The notes under the pieces: model-generated | The model's input: the letters and a program-made list of their open reading frames with translations, nothing else | The model's database searches: none | Told to the model about the DNA's origin: nothing | Shown here: piece by piece, positions 7,160-12,929 of the stretch | Position numbering within the stretch: the stretch's first letter is position 1 | How the letters are laid out: each line of letters starts with the position of its first letter | Position numbers and translations under genes: made by a program | NCBI GenBank assembly: GCA_049969675.1 | Contig: JBMFOP010000086.1 | Span: 1-12,929, forward strand | Length of the DNA stretch: 12,929 nucleotides | Source of the DNA: Myxococcota bacterium | Lineage (GTDB): Bacteria; Myxococcota; SpSt-1050 | Reading direction: 5' to 3'

Positions 7160-7705
7160 ATGAATATTATAGCAATCTTGATTCTTACATATACTACCGC
7201 CACACTCGCTGCAATATCCTCTCACCGCTCAGATTTTCATAGCCTAAACCTCCCGCTTTATTCATATGTAATGTTTTACACGCTGCTCTTTATCCCTCTG
7301 GCTACATTTATGCATGTGTTCTATCAGGCATATGTGTTTTTATACTTTTTCCCTGACTTCATTATTTCAATCTATAGATACAGATTATACATTGCCATCC
7401 TCTTCTCAATTATCTACTATCTGGTCTTTTTTATCACCCTTAAAAGCACAGAAACCAATCTACAGAATGGGAAACATCACGCTGTTATTATGCGTATGGT
7501 TTTTCTTATAATAGTTTCAATCTTTCTTTTTATAGTTCTATATAAGAGGACCATATTTATCGGCACTATTCAGGACTATCTATCTGGCACCTCTGATAAG
7601 ATATTCTTTCACATAGGAGGCATTTCTGTAATTTTTTACATAATCCTGCTTTTTCTGTTTACAAGGGTTGTAATTCCAAGAATCAAAAGACTTTCAACCC
7701 AATAG
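7160..7705 (+). CDS. Hypothetical integral membrane protein (~5 TM)
   Basis: Long hydrophobic ORF starting immediately after the PilZ stop (TAGTGATG), consistent with translational coupling. Confidence 0.75.
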   Translation: MNIIAILILTYTTATLAAISSHRSDFHSLNLPLYSYVMFYTLLFIPLATFMHVFYQAYVFLYFFPDFIISIYRYRLYIAILFSIIYYLVFFITLKSTETNLQNGKHHAVIMRMVFLIIVSIFLFIVLYKRTIFIGTIQDYLSGTSDKIFFHIGGISVIFYIILLFLFTRVVIPRIKRLSTQ

Positions 7706-7710
7706 GATAT

Positions 7711-9399
7711 TCAATTTAATATTGTACAACCACACCCCTGAGAATTATCAATCAAACCTTCTGCACATTCAGGGTCACATTCACAATCGGGGTCACAACC
7801 ATATGTCATATCACAGATGCATTCTTCAGATGTATCTATTCTTATGATATCTTTTGAGGATGTTCCTGCATCTTTAATTATACCTGTATCATAGGAGTTA
7901 GAATCTGTATCAATCAGACCATGGTCATAAACCTCATTTGATACATCAGAAATTGCTATATCCCTATAAACATCAGAAGAGATATCAATAGCTATGATGT
8001 CAGAAGTTCCATCAGAAGCTACATCAGCAGGTACATCAAATGCAACATCTACTCCAGCATCATTCACAACGGAACTTCTGGTACATATTGAGAATTTATC
8101 GGAGAGTCCATCATAGGTAATTGTTATGTCCTTTGTGCAGGTATAATCACCTCCAAAGGAGTTACAATCTGCATTCAGTGAGCAGAAGGCAGAACAGTAG
8201 TTGTTATAACATATACCTGTCTTACAATCAGTATTTTTAGAGCAGCCATCCCCAACATTCTGGGTGCCTATGTAATTATTACACACAGAGATAAGTGCAG
8301 AACCAGCTCTATATATGGTGCAGGCCTTATCCTGAGGGCAACCCTTATTGCTCTTGCAACCCGGCGGTGTATTACACGCCTTAAGTGTAGCATTTGTAGT
8401 CTCATCAATCTTTATGGTTATGTTCTCACATTTCATATTCTTTGGGCAATCTGAATCACTTACACATACCCCCGAGCATACCCCGGAGGAGAGGCACATC
8501 TGATTCTTGCAAAAGATATCATCTCCTATATTAAGTGGGGTATTGTTGATATCTCCACACCTGTTGCCAGAATCCACTGCCTTTGTATTTAAGGGGTTGT
8601 TACAATATGGGTCATTTGTATTTTTCGGTATACAATATGGTTCAAGGCAATATGTGGTGGTCTCACCCTCAAGATTTACATAAGGCTTGCAGACAAAACC
8701 GTCTTTGCAATCTGAGATTCTACTGCATTGGTAATATACATTTGGGTTATAAAGATAGCAGATTCCATCTTTGTCATCCTGTTTGAGGGTCCTCTTCGTC
8801 CCTGTGTCTCCATAACCACACATTACTGCCCGAATTGTATAGCAGGAGTAATTATCATAGAGGTCTGCAAGTCCAAAGAAGTGTCCAAGTTCGTGTAGTG
8901 CAATGGTCTCTACATCCATCCTGCCATAACTTCCAGAGGTGCTCCATGTATAATTGACTCCGTTGAATCTCAAATCAGCCTCTACTATAATCCCATCTTC
9001 GCGAATAGAGGGGACTGTAAATGCTATTGCCTGTGCACCGGCCTCAGGTGGCCATTCACTCTTATTTTCTACAAAATCAATCGTATTCTTTCCATCAAAG
9101 AATGTTGCTCTATTGGATGTCTTACCCAGATAATTTACGCTGAGGTCCACCATATAACTCCCACAGTTTACCCCGGTCCAGCTGGCAAAGGCATTATTTA
9201 TGGCTGTAAACTCACTATCGCCAGATATATCGGCAGAACCCAGTTCATTGATTGAATATTTAACCGGCATATCTGCCTTAAGCCAGTGAGTTTCTCCATA
9301 TACAACCATCCCCTCCTCCTGATATGCATCCTTTAATGTCTTAAAAGACATAGTGAGTGGAACAAGGATAATACAAACTAAAAAAAGTACTCTTTTCAT
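7711..9399 (-). CDS. Secreted matrixin-like (M10/metzincin) zinc metalloprotease with Cys-rich repeats, acidic linker and GCGC tail
   Basis: Signal peptide, EADLRFN, HELGHFFGLAD zinc motif and Met-turn AVM. Multiple C..xxDC..G..C repeats and a D-rich linker. Ends QGCGCTILN. RBS GAGGAG. Confidence 0.85.
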   Translation of the reverse strand: MKRVLFLVCIILVPLTMSFKTLKDAYQEEGMVVYGETHWLKADMPVKYSINELGSADISGDSEFTAINNAFASWTGVNCGSYMVDLSVNYLGKTSNRATFFDGKNTIDFVENKSEWPPEAGAQAIAFTVPSIREDGIIVEADLRFNGVNYTWSTSGSYGRMDVETIALHELGHFFGLADLYDNYSCYTIRAVMCGYGDTGTKRTLKQDDKDGICYLYNPNVYYQCSRISDCKDGFVCKPYVNLEGETTTYCLEPYCIPKNTNDPYCNNPLNTKAVDSGNRCGDINNTPLNIGDDIFCKNQMCLSSGVCSGVCVSDSDCPKNMKCENITIKIDETTNATLKACNTPPGCKSNKGCPQDKACTIYRAGSALISVCNNYIGTQNVGDGCSKNTDCKTGICYNNYCSAFCSLNADCNSFGGDYTCTKDITITYDGLSDKFSICTRSSVVNDAGVDVAFDVPADVASDGTSDIIAIDISSDVYRDIAISDVSNEVYDHGLIDTDSNSYDTGIIKDAGTSSKDIIRIDTSEECICDMTYGCDPDCECDPECAEGLIDNSQGCGCTILN

Positions 9400-9430
9400 A
9401 GATCTCTCCTCTCCCCCGCTGTTATATTAA

Positions 9431-9459
9431 ATTATAATACACCATTAAACAAATTTAAA
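9431..9459 (-). promoter_or_regulatory. Putative sigma70 promoter of the metalloprotease
   Basis: Minus strand TTTAAA-N17-TATAAT. The AT-rich background limits confidence. Confidence 0.4.
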
Positions 9460-9666
9460 GTCTCATTCAACAATTATGAAAATTTCGTCAGTCCATAGTA
9501 AACATCCTTATTGTTGGTCTGGCAATAAACCCTGCCAATGTACCTATTGTAACCCTTCTGTAGCCTTTTTAAATTCACACAATCAAATGGGGTTATCAAT
9601 TCAACACCGATTAAAAGGTGTCTGAAAAAACTGATTATGAAAAATTTTAATTTTGGAAAATATACT

Positions 9667-9695
9667 TTGAATCTTTTGAATCTTTATCATATATT
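9667..9695 (+). promoter_or_regulatory. Putative sigma70 promoter of murJ
   Basis: TTGAAT-N17-TATATT, ending 22 nt before the ATG. Confidence 0.45.
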
Positions 9696-9717
9696 TTGCA
9701 CGACTTGAGGATTTATA

Positions 9718-11280
9718 ATGTCAAAGGATAGCATATCCAAAAATGCAAGTATTGTTAGTCTTCTCACTATCTTAAGTCGTATCTCCGGCTTTATCCGCGA
9801 CACCACCATATCTCATATATTCGGGGCTGGCTTTGTTACAGATGCCTTTGTTATTGCATTCATTATACCCAATATGTTCAGAAGGCTACTGGCAGAAGGT
9901 GCGCTCTCAATTGCATTCGTCCCAACATTTAGCAGTTACAGCTCTACAAGATCGGATGAGGAGTATCAGAATCTCCTCTCCAGCACCCTCTCTCTCCTAT
10001 CCCTGATCACCTCTCTGGTAGTCCTGCTCGGGATTATCTTTTCACCCCAGATTATAAATCTCTTCTCACCCGGTTTTTCAATAGAACAACATAGACTTGC
10101 AGTAATACTGAACAGGATGATGTTTCCATATCTTTTATTCATCTCGCTCACCTCCTTCTTTATCGGGGTGCTCTACTCAAAAAAATCATTTGCTGTACCT
10201 GCTACATCACAGATAGAACTAAATATTGTAATCGCATTATCGGCGATATTTCTCCACAAAGTACTCTCTGTACCTGTCTATTCCCTCGCCTTTGGGGTTA
10301 TAATGGGTGGGCTTTTGCAACTTATCACTCAGGCACACTTTGCTATCAGGCGTGGATATTATTCACTGAGTTTCAAATGGAATCCGTCGCACCCCGATGT
10401 CAGGAGGATGATGCTTCTGATGCTCCCTGCTACAGCCGGTATCGCAATATATCAACTAAATCTCCTGGTCTCAAAGGCTCTCGCCTCTCTCATATCAAAA
10501 GGGACGGTTACATATATCTATCTTGGTGACAGAATCTTTGAACTCCCATTAGGCATCTTTGCGGTCGCTATCGCAACGGTCTCTCTCCCCCTTCTGAGTG
10601 AATATTATGCAAAGAATGAGATGGAGAATTTCAGGTCAACGATCTCAAAGTCACTCAGAAGTGCTCTATTTGTCTGCATTCCCGCGATGTTCGGGGTACT
10701 CGCCCTGAATGTCCCCATAATCAGCTATCTCTTTCAGCACGGGAGATTTACATTTGAAAACACGGTGGAATGTGCCCCTATCGCATTTAACGCCCTTCTG
10801 GGAATCTTTGCTGTCTCGGGGACAAGGAATATTACACCAGCATATTATGCTATGAAGGATATAAAGACACCGGTTATCATTGCATTTATCTCATTTCTTT
10901 TAAATCTCTGCTTCTCACTAATTCTGATAAATCCACTTGGTGGGAGTGGACTTACACTCGCAAACACTATCTCAAATACATTCAACTTTTTGGCTCTTGG
11001 ATATGTCCTATATAGAAAGATTGGAAACTTTGAGATAAAAAAGATTTTCATTACAGTTGTCAAGACCACCTTTGCCTCGGTGATAATGTATGTGGCGATA
11101 TTCAAGATCTCCTCTCTTGAGATATGGACTCAACCACACAGATATGGACTCAAGAGCCTTTACCTCTTTGGGGGTATTTTTACTGGAATGATTGTCTTTG
11201 CAACATCGGCATATTTACTCAGGATTGAGGAGATGAAATACTCTATAAATAAAATAAAAGAGAAAATACACCTTCGGTAG
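9718..11280 (+). CDS. murJ: Lipid II flippase MurJ (MviN)
   Basis: Motifs SRISGFIRD, FGAG..TDAF.IAF.IPNMFRRLLAEGALSIAFVP, DRIFELPLGIF and KDIKTPV. 520 aa polytopic membrane protein. Confidence 0.97.
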   Translation: MSKDSISKNASIVSLLTILSRISGFIRDTTISHIFGAGFVTDAFVIAFIIPNMFRRLLAEGALSIAFVPTFSSYSSTRSDEEYQNLLSSTLSLLSLITSLVVLLGIIFSPQIINLFSPGFSIEQHRLAVILNRMMFPYLLFISLTSFFIGVLYSKKSFAVPATSQIELNIVIALSAIFLHKVLSVPVYSLAFGVIMGGLLQLITQAHFAIRRGYYSLSFKWNPSHPDVRRMMLLMLPATAGIAIYQLNLLVSKALASLISKGTVTYIYLGDRIFELPLGIFAVAIATVSLPLLSEYYAKNEMENFRSTISKSLRSALFVCIPAMFGVLALNVPIISYLFQHGRFTFENTVECAPIAFNALLGIFAVSGTRNITPAYYAMKDIKTPVIIAFISFLLNLCFSLILINPLGGSGLTLANTISNTFNFLALGYVLYRKIGNFEIKKIFITVVKTTFASVIMYVAIFKISSLEIWTQPHRYGLKSLYLFGGIFTGMIVFATSAYLLRIEEMKYSINKIKEKIHLR

Positions 11281-11290
11281 CAGATAGACA

Positions 11291-11560
11291 TATTGCTATT
11301 AATTGCACTCAACAACTAAAAAAACTTTACTCCCCTATCAGGCTTCGTCTCCTCTACCACCTTATAAAACTAATAATTCATTTGAATTTGCTTACGCCAA
11401 TCATAGATTTATTCAGAGATACTGCTTTCTCCTCTTGTAGAGTGGTGTCAGAGATGACGGGGCATTTACTCATAGAAAGCTCCTTTCTGGCTTTTGTTTG
11501 ACAGAATAATCTTACCCTACCGAGGTTCTCATATCAAAAAATTCATTTTGGACAGATGTG
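11291..11560. repeat. Dispersed ~270 bp non-coding element, copy 2
   Basis: Aligns to 5902-6187 from TATTGCTA to ATTTTGGAC(A/T)GATGTG. Confidence 0.9.
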
Positions 11561-11616
11561 CATCTCGGAGTGGAAATTTTGACAGATTTTAATATAAATT
11601 TTTTGTCCTTATTTTC

Positions 11617-11645
11617 TTGAAATAGCCCCTCTTTTAATCTACTAT
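11617..11645 (+). promoter_or_regulatory. Putative sigma70 promoter
   Basis: TTGAAA-N17-TACTAT upstream of RBS AGGAG and ATG 11680. Confidence 0.5.
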
Positions 11646-11679
11646 TTTTATACCTTCTTTTTAATGTTTAGGAGAGATT

Positions 11680-12519
11680 ATGTGTCGACTCCTTGGAGTG
11701 ATATGTAACAATCCCGATAGATTGAGTTGCTTTCTGTATAACAAGAAGGATGTATATAGACCGGATCCCGAGATGAAGTATGATGGATATGGAATGGGAT
11801 ATTATAATGATTACAGGGCATTAATATTTAAGAAACCTCTCAACAAACAGACATTAGACAGGAGCTGTTATGACATAGCCCGAGATGTAAAATCCGATAC
11901 ACTTATGATTCATATAAGAGTTGCAGAGACCGGACTATACAAGATTGAAAATACCCATCCATTCAGATTCAGAAATTTTATTTTTGCACATATTGGCTCT
12001 ATATATAATTTCTCCAATATAGATACACGCCTTTACTTCAAACTACCAGACTTCCTGATGAGAAATATGCAGGGTGAGACTGATAGTGAACTCTTCTTCC
12101 ATCTTATACTTGCCGAACTATACAGGGCACAGGAGCTGGACAACCCCGAACTCAAAGGAGAATCGGTGGTAAGGGCGGTTATTCGTTCTATCAATGTGGT
12201 AGAGGATATTACCGGAGCAAAAGATAGCATGAAAAGCAGCTTCACATCTATACTGTGCACAGGCGATTTTATGATTGGTATTGCCGCAAACAAGCCACTT
12301 TATCTCGGTAGGTTCAATGGCATCCCTGACTGTCCTATATGTGCAAAGAAGACGAAAGGGACAGATACAGATATTCTGGCAGAGCAACATAAGAACTTTA
12401 AGGCCGTAACACTGATTGGTGGAGAAGTAGAGGGACTGCTTGACAATGAAAAGCCGATCGCCGATAGACATATTGTGCTGATTTACAAAGACCTGAGGAC
12501 AGAGACCTTCCCGATTTAG
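11680..12519 (+). CDS. Class II glutamine amidotransferase (Ntn hydrolase, YafJ/EgtC-like)
   Basis: N-terminal MCRL nucleophile, DGYGMGYY, HIRVA..G, NTHPF, FAHIG and GETDSE motifs. Confidence 0.9.
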   Translation: MCRLLGVICNNPDRLSCFLYNKKDVYRPDPEMKYDGYGMGYYNDYRALIFKKPLNKQTLDRSCYDIARDVKSDTLMIHIRVAETGLYKIENTHPFRFRNFIFAHIGSIYNFSNIDTRLYFKLPDFLMRNMQGETDSELFFHLILAELYRAQELDNPELKGESVVRAVIRSINVVEDITGAKDSMKSSFTSILCTGDFMIGIAANKPLYLGRFNGIPDCPICAKKTKGTDTDILAEQHKNFKAVTLIGGEVEGLLDNEKPIADRHIVLIYKDLRTETFPI

Positions 12520-12660
12520 AAGATTGGTAAAAAACTCATCTATGATATTCTCTATCAACAAATGCATTTGTAAGATAAATCTTCTTAATATTTGTTTTGT
12601 TTGTAATTCAATCAATATACTATACAAAAAGCGACTATTATGTTATTAGAAAAGCGACTT

Positions 12661-12929
12661 ATGCGATTTAAGATATTTTCACTGATTATACTGTCTTTGT
12701 TATCTGTCATTATACCTGCCTTTGCCCAGGAAGAAGAGGAGATTCAAAGCGAGGAGGAGATCTGGAATACCCCAAAACAAAAGGTTGAAAAGAGGGAGAG
12801 CAGGAGAAAGGTTGAGGAGGAAGAGGAGGAATCTCCACCGGGCGCCTTTGATTATGCCGAAGAAGAGAAGAAGGAGATGCAAAAGAGGAGGGAAGAAAAG
12901 AAGGAGAAGGGGGAGATCGCAAAGGAGAA
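12661..12929 (+). CDS. 5' part of a secreted protein with an E/K-rich N-terminus (runs off the window)
   Basis: Open to the window end: MRFKIFSLIILSLLSVIIPAFA|QEEEEIQSEEEIWNTPKQ... with a Sec signal and AFA cleavage site. An alternative in-frame ATG lies at 12640. Missing from the ORF track because it has no stop in the window. Confidence 0.85.
   Translation, partial: MRFKIFSLIILSLLSVIIPAFAQEEEEIQSEEEIWNTPKQKVEKRESRRKVEEEEEESPPGAFDYAEEEKKEMQKRREEKKEKGEIAKE

Noticed and set aside
703..9399. Possible TGA recoding, since several genes end in TGA with open frames beyond
   Set aside because: No conserved gene is interrupted by TGA and the domains are complete at these stops. Standard code 11 fits.
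11378..11473. Minus-strand 31-aa ORF with AAGGAG RBS inside repeat copy 2 (MSKCPVISDTTLQEEK...)
   Set aside because: Copy 1 has ATA instead of ATG, a different stop and mostly non-synonymous differences, so there is no sign of coding constraint.
983..12922. Antisense or alternate-frame ORFs (e.g. 983-1192, 2702-3184, 3462-3743, 9966-10151, 10845-11105, 12118-12627, 12700-12922)
   Set aside because: They overlap well-supported genes and have no motifs of their own; they are shadow ORFs.

Overview
AT-rich bacterial chromosomal window, probably Myxococcota/Deltaproteobacteria. This is inferred from a PilZ membrane protein and a Cys-rich secreted metalloprotease with a 'DAG..D' linker and GCGC tail. 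The minus-strand left half holds a CcdA-thioredoxin fusion, a frameshifted beta-helix-type gene remnant, a CBM9-like lipoprotein, a PimA-like GT4 glycosyltransferase, a 49-aa membrane peptide and a PIP-synthase-like CDP-alcohol phosphatidyltransferase. Upstream of that cluster is an apparent complete sigma54 promoter (-24/-12 box, IHF site, palindromic upstream site). The rest encodes a small hypothetical protein, a PilZ protein, a membrane protein, a matrixin-like metalloprotease, murJ, a class II glutamine amidotransferase and the start of a secreted protein. The intergenic DNA is highly structured: two copies of a ~270-285 bp non-coding element with a REP-like core, extra copies of its terminal motif, a GTAG-type REP, and a hairpin mosaic at 1-250. 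No transposase, CRISPR array, tRNA or rRNA was seen. All calls come from reading the sequence by eye; no searches were run.
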